Source of the DNA: Octopus vulgaris
Taxonomy: Eukaryota
Direction of reading: 5' to 3'
NCBI GenBank assembly: GCA_951406725.2
Contig: OX597828.1
Coordinates: 55,676,001 to 55,740,000, forward strand
Length of the DNA: 64,000 bases
Shown: piece after piece, positions 40,934 to 54,904 of the stretch
Position numbering within the stretch: position 1 is the stretch's first letter
Layout of the letters: every line of letters starts with the position of its first letter
The notes under the pieces: generated by a model
What the model was told of the DNA's origin: nothing
The model's input: the letters and a program-made list of their open reading frames with translations, nothing else
The model's database searches: none
Made by a program: the position numbers and the translations under genes

Positions 40934-41639
40934 CTTTATGTATTCTTATTCAAACATATATATACACGCGTTCAGTACATGTGTACTATATTCCCAAAGA
41001 ATTCTTTATAGAAGTCAAAAGTACTTTGGCAAATAAATAGGTGGTTAAACATTCGCTTCGATTTAAAGAGATTACTGTTCGTGCTGCTGATTCCAGTTCT
41101 TTCATTGGGATTAAAAGACAATGTCAACCGCCATATTTCAACAATATTCTGTCAAATACCTTTCAGTTTTCAAATCGTAAATCAAATAAAAAAAGCAACA
41201 AAACGAAAGTAAAGACACGCACACACACACACACACACACATAAAGTCGACGGCAGTATCTCTGTGACAATGAGTGATGAGGAAACCGCTTCGTGGTTAT
41301 TTGGCTTCCTAGGGATTGCAGTTAAATGCCCGTTAAATCTCTACAAATCACAACCGTTTAAATATGGGAAGGAAGAGGACACATCAGATGCAGTCATGGA
41401 TTTCTTGTAAAAGAAATGTCAGTATGGTGATAACTAGAATAATATCGATCATAAAGCTTTTCAGAGCTGAGCTCAAGGTCATACTACAGCAAAGAGGACG
41501 ACAACGAAAATGACGATTTCAGTAAAAGCTGTGATATTAGAACTTGAGTTCACATTGTCAATGAAAGGTTTTGCAGTATCTAATATGGACTTAATATATT
41601 ACTATTGTTTCCTTATAAAACAACTATTTACATCTTTCA

Positions 41640-41949
41640 TTTTCTACTTATTTCATACATTCGAGTGCGGTTATGCTGGAGCACCGCCTTGGAAGATTTT
41701 AATCGAATGAATCGTCACCGGTACTTACTTTTTAAAGCCCGATACCTGTCGCATCGGTTCCGTTTTACCAAACCGATAGTTACGAGGACGTAAACAAACT
41801 AACACCGGTTGTCAAACGGTGGTGGTTGACAAACACCCACATACACACATATATACACATGTACACACACACGCATACCCATACGCACAAGCATATATAT
41901 ATATAAAGTGAAAGAAGGCCTTCGCATATATACATGTATATATACATAC

Positions 41950-41994
<45 letters not shown>

Positions 41995-42228
41995 TATATA
42001 CATGTATACATACATACATATATACATATATACACACACACATATATGTATGTATATATATATATATATGCGAAGGCTTTCTTTCACTTTCTGTCTATTA
42101 AATCCTCTTACGAGTCTTTGATCACGCCAGAGCTATAGTAGAAAAGTCTCATACAATGTACCAAGCAGTGGAACTGAACTCAGAGGTATGTGGTTTAGAA
42201 GCAATCTTCTAACCACACAGTCACTCCA
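41640..42228 (-). mobile_element. Diverged SINE family A with expanded internal microsatellite
   Basis: ATGCTGGAGCACCGCCTT, GGACGTAAACAAACTAACACCGGTTGTCAA, GCTATAGTAGAA, GCAGTGGAACTGAAC. Confidence 0.8.
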
Positions 42229-43171
42229 ATATTCGTTCTTCTAGCTTCATAAACACGTGTATCTTCTTCCCAACGAAATTTAGTTAAATATCAACAACAC
42301 ATTAAAAAACTACCAACGAAAACGGTGGTTAAAATTTGGCAAAAATTGTAAGATGTGTAAGCATCATCATCTAAATATTCCACATGGTAATTTAAAATCA
42401 TGCTACTGTTGACTATAAGTTTTATTGTCCAGGTGCCGACAAATTCGCCTCCAGTCATCAGGTTAGATATATTCAATGTTCTGACCAATAAACGTGTGAT
42501 CTTTAGCCAATAGAAGAGATTGTAATTCCTTCTCACCACAGAGAAAATGAGAATTATTTTCTGAATGCGGTATTAGAATTTCCTGTTCTTTGAAGTATAT
42601 TTAATTGAATTTTGTCGAGGAACACGATCAGTAAGTGTATAAGAGCTAATGAAAGAGCATAAAAATGGTCATTTCCTCAGCTAGTGATAGTAGCCAAATT
42701 CACTCTGCTTACACATTGACGTCTATACATCTAAGTGCGTAATTAAATTTCATAGTCTTTCTTATAATAATGGTAATTACCTCTCTCAACAAAGAATTGA
42801 CATTTTCTGCTTATGCAATTACTTTTTCAGTATCTCCTGTTGGTACGGTTTTCATATCCATCAATAAAAAAGTTTCAAGAGATATTTGATAAAAATATGT
42901 CTTCACTTCTCGCTGCATAAAGAGAGGTTTTTGCAAAACCGTGGGGTTAAAAGTGCTTTCTGCAGTTAGCGGTAATAACATTTTCGATGGATATATCCAC
43001 TTTTCGAGTTCATAAACCTTAAACGAATAACATGAGACACTGTAATGCTAGATATATAAAAAACGAGAAGTTATGATCCTGAATGAAATTTGATCCTAGG
43101 CCTGCAAAACCAAGATTATTCTGAGCTTAACAACAGCAACAACAACAACAACAGCAACAACAGCTGCAGCA

Positions 43172-43535
43172 GTGGGGCGCAATGGCCCAATGGTTAGGGC
43201 AGCGGACTCGCGGTCGGAGGATCGTGGTTTCGATTCCCAGACCGGGCGTTGTGTGTGTTTATTGAGCAAAAACACCTAAAGCTCCACGATGCTCTGACAA
43301 GGGGTGGTGGCGACCCATTTTGTACTCTTTCGCCCCAACTTTCTCTCACTCTTTCTTACTGGTTCTTGTCCCCGACGTCCTACGCAACCGCTGAGTCTGG
43401 ATGCGCATTCATCCATCGATGCTCTCGGTGTCGGGGGTTGACCTGCTTTCTCTTCTGCGGGTCTTACGAATAGCAACGCACCACGTTTCGGACTTCTCCC
43501 ATCTTGCGAGCTCTGGGACGAAGACTGTTCGCTCA
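43172..43535 (+). mobile_element. SINE with family C 5' half and an alternative 3' module
   Basis: 5' half matches 24829-25129; diverges after CTCTTTCTTACTGGTTCTTG; inserted in a CAA/CAG tract repeated on both sides. Confidence 0.85.
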
Positions 43536-44572
43536 ACAGCAACAGCAGCAGCAGCAGTAACTACAGCTTTGAATACTTTGCTAGAATTAGAATCCTTACA
43601 GTTAACAAATCATCTATTTTAATAGTTTTTCACTCTAGCTAGTAGCCTTGTTAATGGTAATCATAAGTCAATATTAACTCATATACAGGAAAAAAAAACG
43701 TGCATGAACCACTGCACTTACACATTTGACATACATACATATTTATACACGTATAGACGCTTAAGGGACAAAAGTATTTTTCTTTCTATTGTTGTCATAC
43801 GCGAAGCTGCAAATAGCATGAAATTTTCTAACTTACATGTGGTTCAGTAAATACTGTGACAAAATATAAATTGCAAATCGAGAAATAATCTCACGTAACA
43901 TACACGTATGTATAAAAACAATAAGTAAGATATACAGCTTGCTTTTCGGTACTGATATTACGTCCGTGGCAAATAACGAATTTTTAGCCAGCGACCGAAC
44001 TGTTTGCGGTACCGGTGTAATTTCGAACAATTAGTTCTCACTTTTTTTATGTTCACATGTAGGTTCTAACTATTCGTCTTGTGCTTAAAGGAAGAATTAG
44101 GTATATAATATGAATCATTGTAGCTTCTACTTCGTCTGCTGATATTATAGATATGAGTGATATTCTTTATTTTTTGGCCGCTTAATGTTTGTGAAGGCCG
44201 TTATCAAAAAATGAAGTCCATAATTTATCGCAATATACTGTTAGATAAATGCCACAACCTGTTAATTTCCATCACGAAGATTTTCAACACTATTCCAATT
44301 CCATAACAATTATCCATATCAATTTGAAAAGGAGTATCTAACTCGAAATATTATGCAGCAAAATGTATGTCTACCTGTGAGTGTGAATTTATGTGTGTGT
44401 GTGTGTTGTTTTTTTATTTGCGTGTGCGCTTGTACATAACAAACATGTCCCTATTTGTTTAAAGAAAATGTTGCATTGTAAGGCTTTTTTAATGATACAT
44501 ACAGGTACTTAGACACACATATATTTGTGCATCTATATGAATGTGCATGTATGTACACGTGTGTATATATAC

Positions 44573-44606
<34 letters not shown>

Positions 44607-45481
44607 GTGTGTGTGCGTGTGTACGCATTTCTTTCTCTTCTGTTCCCTCACTCTATCGTATATACACGATAGGTCATAAAATAAACATTCCGCATTCATA
44701 TTTACAGTCACAACAATTCTTGCATTCATACGTGAATGCTCATTCACATACAAATACACTTTCACTCAGACATGGACATACAAAGAGAAGCAGTATTGAA
44801 TGTCTAAAGCAAGGGAAGAATGCAAATACATCGTTACACGAAGTGAACAGAGTAAGTAATTTGATGGCCGTCACAGCAAAGGTACACATTGAGCTCGCTT
44901 GATTAATTTCTCTTGCAATTTGATGGCAGCATTCCGGAAGCCAAGCAAGTGTAGTTCTCATCCCATGTTGCCAAAATGGCCGTCCATTTCTGCAATCTTC
45001 TTGGCAAATATTTCAATGGCTTCTCTGGCAAATGGCATTCATTCTGTGATAGCTTACAAGATTGACAAATAGGGCTATGTGTGTATTGTACAAATGCGCA
45101 CACAAATAAAAAATACAGTCACACATAAATTTACACTCACACGTAGACATACATATATACATACGCCAATTACAAGCACATGTATGCTTGTGAATATATT
45201 GTGGTATATACGTATATACATCTCTCCCAAGCTATTTCTCTTTATATGTCATTGTTTCTCTCCATATACATACATATATGCATACAATTGGTGCAATACA
45301 TACACCACACACAAATAGATTCATATGTATACATGTATGCATGAAGGTTTACGCATGTATACATTGAAGTATATATAGACAGAGACAGAGAAAGAAAGAG
45401 TAACATGTAATTAAAAAGGCACAGATTTCCCTTCTCCCAATCTCTCACTGAATAAATCCCTCATTCAAATACATACATGCA

Positions 45482-45533
<52 letters not shown>

Positions 45534-46172
45534 TGTACGCACATGCACACACACATACACGCGCACGCACGTATTTGAAGGAGCTGAGATATATAAAGAG
45601 AATGAGTAAAAAATATACTAATAAAATATACAAATGAGAAACAAATAAGCAGTTAGTAAAGCAAAATATAGTAAAGACAAAACCAATACAGAATATAAAA
45701 GCAGTACATGGCGAAAGAGAGGAATATGAACGCAAGTAAATGGGCAGTTTTGGAAGATAACTTATAAACGAGTAATATATTAGAACGGAGGTGGACAGAG
45801 AGTAAGGGTGTAGGAAGAGGAAGGGAAAGAAAGCCGTGGATAATGGAGAGAAAGCCATGCTTCAGGGTGAGTAGGAAATTGAGGAGATAGAAAGAGGAGG
45901 ATATATATATATATAGTGAGTGAGAGAGAGGGAGAGAGAGAGAAATTGAGAGGGAGAGAGAAAGAAAATGTTAGCGAGAAGAAGACAAGCTTATAGTAAA
46001 GAAATAACAAGAGGAAAGAAGAAGCAAAACGAAAATGTTAGTAATGGATTTGAAGGGGAACATGTTAAGCTCTCTCTTTCTCTCTCTCTTTCTGTCTCTC
46101 TCTCTCTTTCTCTATCCCTCTTTTTCTGTCTTCCTGTTTCTCTCTGACGCTCGGCATATGTGATGTATGTAA

Positions 46173-46211
<39 letters not shown>

Positions 46212-46343
46212 CACGTGTATGTGTGTGCCTATACTTACAAATGTGTATGTGCGTATATATTAATACACACGTATATATATGCATATATACACACACACAC
46301 ACGAGGATATGTATGTATGAATGTATGTATGTATGAATGTATG

Positions 46344-46375
<32 letters not shown>

Positions 46376-46376
46376 T

Positions 46377-46425
<49 letters not shown>

Positions 46426-46740
46426 CATATGTGTATATGTGTATATGTCTATATATGTGTAGTTATATGAATATATGTTTGTATGTATGCGTGTATGTTC
46501 GTATGAACTCACCAATAGAAATACACATGTATTTGTCATTAACATAAATATAATTTCAGGAACAGAGTAAACGCAAATAGCGAAAATGTGTGCTCACTAA
46601 TAAGACGTTAACATCCACCCCACTGTGGTCTGTGCAGGATCTATCTTGACAGAAAACTACTTGTTCATCCGGAAGTGTCTTGTTCAAGGCAGTCTTCAGT
46701 CTCTCAAGGATAATTTTCATCAATACTTTCCCTATGAAGG

Positions 46741-47423
46741 ACAGAGGTTATGAGAGCGAACAACAGACAGCAAAACCCAGTGCGACTAGACCAGGATGAT
46801 ATCAAGGGCGTCGACAGGTTCGTTTACCAGGGCAGTGTAGTCATTAAAGATGGCGGGATAGATGAGGACATTAAATGCCGAATAAATAAATCCCGACACG
46901 CCACCTTGCGACCAATCTGGAGATCAACATCCTTCTCACTCTAATACAAGATCCGGATCTTCAATGCAAATGTTAAGTCATTTCTACTTTATGACTCAGG
47001 AACATGGCGAGTGACCAAGACTAACACATATAAATCTCCAAACAGTCACTAACAGATGTCTCAGAAACATCGTTAACACCAGGGGGCCAAAGGACGTTTC
47101 CAGTGAACAACTGGGGGATAGGACGAGACAAGCCCCAATCGAGACAAATATCAAGAAAGGAAAATGAGAATGGATAGGCCACACACTACTAAAGCCTGCA
47201 CTAAATGTCATTAAGCAGGCCTGTGACTGGAATCGACAAGGAAAGCGAAAAGTGGGCCGACCAAAACAGTCTTGGTGCAGGAGTGTCGACGGAGAGGTGA
47301 GGGCAGCGGGAATAACGTAGGCCGAGCTGAAGAGGATCTTCCTGAACCACGTCCGTTGGAAAAATGTTGTTGCGGCCCTATGTTCCTCGAGGAATCAAGA
47401 GGCCTAAGAAGAAGAAGAAGAAG
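46741..47423 (+). pseudogene. RTE-clade LINE 3' fragment (RT C-terminus) with (AAG)n tail
   Basis: VDRFVYQGSVVIKDGGIDEDIKCRINK, KIRIFNANVKSFLLY.SGTW, WIGHTL, GKRKVGRPK; stops and frameshifts; (AAG)6 at 47406-47423. Confidence 0.88.
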
Positions 47424-47836
47424 ATCTGTCCGACTGCGTAACGTCTTGGACCAGTGTATTTAATCCTAGTCTTGCATCGATTCAAATTTGAAGAGTGTAA
47501 ATCGCAAAATGGAAACTGTGCAGAAGCTAGTTCGATGGAAATTTTGCAGTAATATAAAGAACTAAACATTTTCATGTATTGTGTAGCACCAATGGCATCA
47601 CGCGTACACGTGTCTGTCGGAATCTCAGCCATATTGCCTTAATTGAACGGGTAGGCATTTCAGTTGATTAAGCAACTGAATGCATATTTTCGAAACAGAC
47701 GGAATACCTATAACTCCATCTTATGAAAGAAATGAGACTTGGGTGGGAAGAGAGTGTAACAGAAAAGATATAAAGTAAGGAAAGTAAAGAATAGAAGAAA
47801 AATAGGGCGGGCGTAGAAGGGAAATAATAAACACGA

Positions 47837-47894
<58 letters not shown>

Positions 47895-48822
47895 TGAGAG
47901 AGACAGAGACAGAAAGTTACAAAGAAAGAGAGAGTGGAAGAGAAGGGAAGAGACAGACAAAACGAGAGACAGAAAGAAAGACAGACGGAGGGAGAGAGGG
48001 ACGGAGAGAGAGAGGGAGAGAGAGAGGAACGAGAGAGAGGGAGAAGAGAAGACAGAGAGGAAGGAAGAGAGGATGACAAACATGGGAGACAAATAGAGAA
48101 ATGAGGGTAAAAGCCTAAAGAGATATTAAGAGAGTGTTAGTAAAAATGGCTGGCACACAAATATTCTTCTTTTCTCTAATACAAATTTCATATCGTGGTC
48201 ATACACGTATGTGTGCACGCGCACGTACGCACACGCTCGTAGACACACATGTATATATGTATTTTGCATATGCATGTATAAAATTTCAACAAATCCATTT
48301 ACCTAAGATAGATAAATGGAGAGAAAGACTTAAATTGGAACAGACAAGTATCAAAATACACACCGACGCACGCACAGTTACTTACACAGACATAGACACA
48401 CACATACACATACATACATACATACATACATACATACATACATACATACATACATACATACATACATGCATACATATATACATACATACATACATGTGTG
48501 TGTATGTGTGTGTGCGTACATGCATCCATACACACATAAACGTATGTATTTATATACATACACATAAATAAAATATATACTAATGTATATTTGTATGTAT
48601 AATGCATACATACATACATACGTACGCACACACAGATACACAGATACACACACACACATATAATATGCATGTGTGTAAGTATGTGTGTGTGTGTGTGTGT
48701 GTGTGTGTAGTAAATGTATATGGTGAGAGAAGTAAAGAGGTATAAAGGGGAAAATGCAGAAAGTCATACAGAAAAATGAAGCAAGGGAAAATACATCCTT
48801 TGTGTTTTACAGAAAGGAAGAT

Positions 48823-48875
<53 letters not shown>

Positions 48876-50479
48876 TATATATAGAGAGAGAAAGGAAGGA
48901 AAGAAGGAAGTAAGGAAGGAAGAAAGAAAGAAAGAGAAACGGAAAGAAAGACAGAGTTGAAAGGAAAGGTATCGAAAGAAATGCGGAAAAAGAGAGTGAC
49001 AAAGACGGAAGAAGTCGACATGGCAGGACAGCAAGTGTTTAGAAGACACAAACAAGGCATGACGTTATATTTATGTTTATTATATACACAGTTACCGAGT
49101 GAGTCACCACAGGGTCGCATGATCTGCTAGAGACCAGAGTCAAATATCCATCAAATCAGAACCTACAAAGAATCTAATAAGATATCTAAAAAAATATCTG
49201 TGATATTACGAATGAATGTCTTGCCGTTGCAAGACGTCCAGTCCTTGGTTCATCTTCAAGACTCTCCCCAGCTCTTAAATTCAGATGCCTACTTTTTCCC
49301 TGTTTAATCTGCCAGTATTTAGTTACGATCTTCCACTTTCTGTTTTCAAACTAGCTGAGGTGTACTTTTAAAATGAATCCTTTCAACGGGGATAAATTAT
49401 ATAAAAAGAGGCAACCGAGGACAGAGCAGAAATAAAAAGTTAATAAATGAAAAGAGAATAGGAATTTATGTAAGGAACATAAGCTTACCGCTGTTTCTGC
49501 TTTAAGATGCAATACATTCATAGTTGAGTGCTTGTATATCACGCTATGGCTTCAGCGCAGCTTCAAAGATGAAATGTAATTTTATGCAGGCAAGTGTATA
49601 CATTTATATATACACAGAAAGCATTACTTCTGAAAACGGCACGAGCACGCGCGCGCGTGTGTGTACGAAGCTTGCATTTACAAGATACATATTCGATTTG
49701 TGACTAACAGCTCCTTCAGCCATCTTTGTCGTTGAATTTCCTGTTCAGTTCACACACACAAGATGAATGCATACTTACGGAAGACACACGTATATTTCAC
49801 ACACATACACAATCTCCACTATGGCGTAAAACACACTATGTGCAAACATATCCCAATACAATACAAGCATCAGTGATTCAGCTTCTCTGCTGAAGTCAAT
49901 TTGCTCAAGGCTGATCATTACGCTGTTATTTTTAGAGATCTGTAACAAACTTCATTTATTAAACTCCTCTTCATCAACAGCTAATTTGCACAACCGAAAA
50001 ACGGTGTCAAACCTGCGTATATGTGTCCTTATTTAACGAAAACTACAACGCGTCAAATCATAACGCTTTTAATAATATGCATGTTTCGCTAAAGACACCG
50101 GCTTAGCATTAATTCACTTTGTTCGATAAGCATCTCTTGCAGAAAGACAAGGATATGGTAGAATGGAAAATGTAAGAAAAAAGGAAAAAAAATGAGAAAG
50201 GCAGTTTTTCTCTCCTTTCTTTCTATTACCATATCACTTTTATATTTTCCGTTTTTTTCTCAGTAGATTCCTTTATTACATTATTTTGTTGTTTTTGTTT
50301 TGGCATTCTTGTTTCTTCCTTTTTTTCTCTTATACATTCGCTATTAAATCAGTTATATTTACTATTTATTTTCTTTTTCTGGTTTCCTTTCGTTCAATTT
50401 TTTTTTTCTTTTTATGTATTGATCTTATCTGTTTTGCTTTCTCTTTCACTCTCTTCTTCTCTGAATCTCATGACATTCC

Positions 50480-50870
<391 letters not shown>

Positions 50871-51291
50871 CTTTTTGTATTTCTTGCTCTCTTCTGCTTT
50901 GTTCATTTTTCTTTCAATTTTTCAATCTATTTAGATTTCTTCCTTTTTCCTCTGTAGATTGTTCTATATCTAGTCTTCTCTCCTTTTTCCCCTCTTCTTA
51001 TCTTAAAAGTCCTTCACAGTCCTTTATGGTTTTCCTGTAATTTTCTTTCATTTTTCCTCTCTTCGTGCACTCATTCATTATTCTGCTTCCACACAAAGAC
51101 TTTTCTCTTCGTTACGTGATGTTTTTTTCTCTATCTCACGCTTATTTAAGTTGGGTCACATAGAGTGATCCGCGGTTACGGTTCCTACCACACAAATATT
51201 GATCATGTTTATACATCAAACACACGCACACACACACACACGCACACACACACGCACATACACACACTCAAACACACATGCACACACGTAT

Positions 51292-51552
51292 ATAGGATGC
51301 GCTTCTTTCAGTTGCCGTCAACCAAATCCCGCCACAAGGCTTTGGTTAACCTGGTTCTATAAGTGAAGACACATGCCGAAGGTAGGGCTCAGTGGACCTG
51401 AATCTGCAACCATATGGGTGGGAACCTAATTTCTTACCACGCAGCCACGCCTGCGTCAACACAGCCACGCCTGCCCCAACACAACCACACCTGTGCCAAC
51501 ACAGACAGACACATGCGTCAACACAGCCACGCCTGCGCCAACACAGCCACTC

Positions 51553-51556
<4 letters not shown>
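51292..51556 (-). mobile_element. SINE family A 5' half with tandemly amplified head
   Basis: CTTCTTTCAGTTGCCGTCAACCAAATCC...; ~20-bp unit ACACAGCCACGCCTGCGCCA about 6 times at 51438-51556. Confidence 0.8.
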
Positions 51557-51599
<43 letters not shown>

Positions 51600-52690
51600 C
51601 ATATACATCTATACACACACGCACGCTCACGCACATATATGAAAAGACAAATGTGAACACAGGTGCAGAACAAGGTGGAGAAGATTGCACTCGAATACAG
51701 GAGATAGAGTAAAACAATATTTATTTAAGCTATATATGTAGAACAATGCAATAATTTATAAGTATTTATACTTATTCATGCATTGTTCTAAATATTCAAG
51801 AAAATATGATCGTAGGTACGTGAAACTCTGAGTAGCAGCTTGTGAAGTCTTTTGTCATTTCAGTTTTAAATGAAAGATTGCACACACACGCACACACATG
51901 CATACACACACACACACACACACACATACAAACATTTATGTATCTATAAATTAAGGCAACGATATATTTTTAAATCGATAGATATGTGTGTGGTTTGATG
52001 TGTGGAGCAATAAACGGGACAGATTGTTTGGTCGATGCATCGTTTGATCGTCTAAAGTTTACGAATGGAATTATTAAATGGTATATACAAACGTATTGAT
52101 TATATAAATAGAGAGATTCAACGATAGATACGTACAGAAATATATTATTAGAAATGTTTGACTGATGTTTTGATGAAGAAATAAACATTTGATTATATGG
52201 AGAGATAAAGAAGAGAGGTATAAAATCACACACACACATATATATATATACATACATACACACATACATATATAGATAGAGAGAAAGGGGGAAGAGAGGG
52301 AGAGAAACTGGGCGCTATGTAGAAAGATAGATAGACGTGCATATGTCTATTGTTATGTTATTTCGTATGTCTGATGAGAATATAGAACGTAATGGAATTA
52401 TTTACTGATGATGTGAAGGTGCAACTTTAAGCATTTAGTAGAGTCAAATTTATTGATAATTTTGACGTATTTCATACTTCAAGTATCATCTTATTGACTT
52501 AAACAAGGCGAATTCCGAATCACCTTTTAGCTCAGCTCAAAACGATTGACCTCTGGTGCACTGTATAGAGTGTGCAATTCGGTTGATGAATTTCCCAACA
52601 TTACATTTACCCTCAGCAGTTAATGAATGACTATGGTGAACGTGCACAAACGCATAGATACATACATTCATACATACATATACACATGCA

Positions 52691-52753
<63 letters not shown>

Positions 52754-52760
<7 letters not shown>

Positions 52761-53982
52761 GGCAACTAAGATCCCGCCGTTTTTTAAATTTGAACTTTTT
52801 AAAAGGTTTAATAAAAAATAACAACTAATTAATCAATAATGTATTCACCCTTGTTGTTTACAACTTTTTCCTAACGTTCAACAAGACTTTCACTACCTTG
52901 TTGGTTGGTAGAAATCACCCGATTTCAACTTGAAAAATTGATCCAACCAAGCTCTGAATTCTGCATCGGTATTGAACGAAACTCCGCGCATAGGATTTAA
53001 AAGAGATCGAAAAAGGTGGAAATCCGTTGGCGCCAAATCAGGAGAGTACGGCGGGTGTGATAGCACTTCGCAACCATGCGTTTGAATAGCTTTCTTGGTC
53101 ATATTGGCGATATGAGGGCGGGCGTTGTCGTGCAGCAGAAAAACCGCATGCTGCCGATTAGGTTTTATCTCTTGAATAGCCGTGTTGAGTCGTTCCAGCA
53201 GTTGAACATAGAGCTCTGCGTTAACCGTTTGGTTCCGTTTCAAGGGATAATTCCTTCCCAGTCCCATCATATGCACAACATCGTTTTACGCGGATGAAGA
53301 TCTTGTTTCACGCATTGTGTCGCTTGGTTACCGTGGCTAAGCCATTCCTTACGCTGCTTCATATTGATGTACTGGTACCATTTTTCGTCGCCAGTAAAGA
53401 TTCGGTAAAGAAATTGTTGCTTGTGTCCATGAGTTGAGCGTTGACGAGCAAGCAAACCACCGGAGATTGTGACTCGTTGATTTTTGTTGTTGTCACTTAA
53501 AGCATGCGGAACCCATGCCCCATACTTCTGAACCTTTCCCATCAAGTGAAGATGCTTCTCTAGAGCAGTTCCCCTGTTGTTTGACGAGAATTTTCTTGCA
53601 AAAATTGGTTTAATCGCTCTTCATCGAACTCAACTGGACGGCCAGAACGAGGTGCGTCTTTGAGGTGAAAATTTCCATTTTTAACTTGGCATTCCAATCA
53701 CGAGCGGTTCTGTCAGCTATGGCACCCTCTCCATACACAGCACAAATGTGTCAAGCAGATTTTGCGGCCTTAGAACCTTGATTAAAAGCAAAAAGAAGGA
53801 GGTGTCGAAAATGCTCATTTTTCTTAACTTGACATTCCATTTTAATGATCTGAAAATAAACAAAAATTAACTAAAATTAACAAAAAAGAAAACAGATCCC
53901 AAAATGATTCAAAAATAGAATTTTCAAAAAAAAAAAGATTCCAAAATTTAAAAAAACGGCGGGAACTTAGTTGTCAACCCAA
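52754..53982 (-). mobile_element. Near full-length mariner (DD34D) element with both TIRs
   Basis: TIRs AGAGGTTGGCAACTAAGATCCCGCCGTTTTTTAAATTT (52754) and minus-strand TTGGGTTGACAACTAAGTTCCCGCCGTTTTTTTAAATTT (53982) + TA. Confidence 0.95.
52829..53840 (-). pseudogene. Mariner transposase pseudogene
   Basis: MECQVKKNEHFRHLLLFAF, WVPHAL, TGDEKW, LLHDNARPH, HPPYSPDLAPTDFHLFRSL, NKGEYIID*; in-frame stops and frameshifts. Confidence 0.93.
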
Positions 53983-54421
53983 TACATATGTATATATATT
54001 TATATCTATATCTGCTCCATTAATATCAGCTTATCTAGGGTTGCTGTTTCAAGGACAGCACAGGCGGTAGACATTCATTCAGATCTGGGCAAATTATTCG
54101 AATAAATTTTGTAGAGGATTATGATGAGTATTAGAGGAAAGGAAAGACTGATGGAAATAAAGGTAACCCATTAATGATATGTTGAAGTAGCAAATGACCG
54201 AAGTGGAACTCTCAGAACTGGAGGCGAAAATAGAATATGGCTTCGTTGTACAATCGAAGATGTCTCACTACTTGTACATTATTGATTAAGTCAGAGCTAT
54301 TTTGTTTTCCAAGTCGCTCTATTTCCATCGTTATTTTCTTTATTTACGTATTTATTTATTTATTACCGTATCATACGGCCGACGCATACTTCAGCGCTTC
54401 AAAATAATAGAATAATTAATG

Positions 54422-54740
54422 TTTTTACTAGCCACAAGGGCTTACATAAAACAACATTAAAGGACATGAAACAACATATAAGATAACACAAGACGAGACA
54501 TCAAAATAATACAATAATAATAACAATATTATTAAATAAGGAGCAATAAAAAAGAACGTGCTTTATTTTTTATAAATACAAATTTTTATATTATACAAAA
54601 ATATCTTTAAAGAATGTTAAGAAGAGGATTAATCGAGTGGGGTGCTGAAATGTTCCTCGTTTTAATGGTATCGCGAAAGGTTTCGTTAGAGGGCACAGCA
54701 TGCCGGGTTCGTTTACGGGGCTGAGAAAACCTGATAGACC
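54422..54740 (-). mobile_element. Probable LINE 3' UTR remnant related to the 35241 tail
   Basis: Minus-strand end TATGTAAGCCCTTGTGGCTAGTAAAAA resembles GTGCAGCCCTGTGTGGCTAATAAAGAAA. Confidence 0.4.
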
Positions 54741-54857
54741 GTATATATAAGATCAGCAAAATTTAGATTCAGATGAATATGGTACTTAAGTCAAAGGCAC
54801 CAGAATTTTGTATGGTATTATCAATATCGGATATACTTGTTGCTTATTTTGATTATA

Positions 54858-54904
<47 letters not shown>

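Noticed and set aside
42430-42465. Minus-strand CTGATGA...GAAT..GTC, also a possible 29-nt AG/GT micro-exon
   Set aside because: Lacks GAAA and helix I; micro-exon signals are weak and unsupported.
43430-43480. Possible HDV-like ribozyme in the SINE 3' module
   Set aside because: Could not build the nested P1/P2/P3/P1.1 double pseudoknot by eye.
52370-52395. CTGATGAGAATATAGAACGTA
   Set aside because: No GAAA and no helix II.
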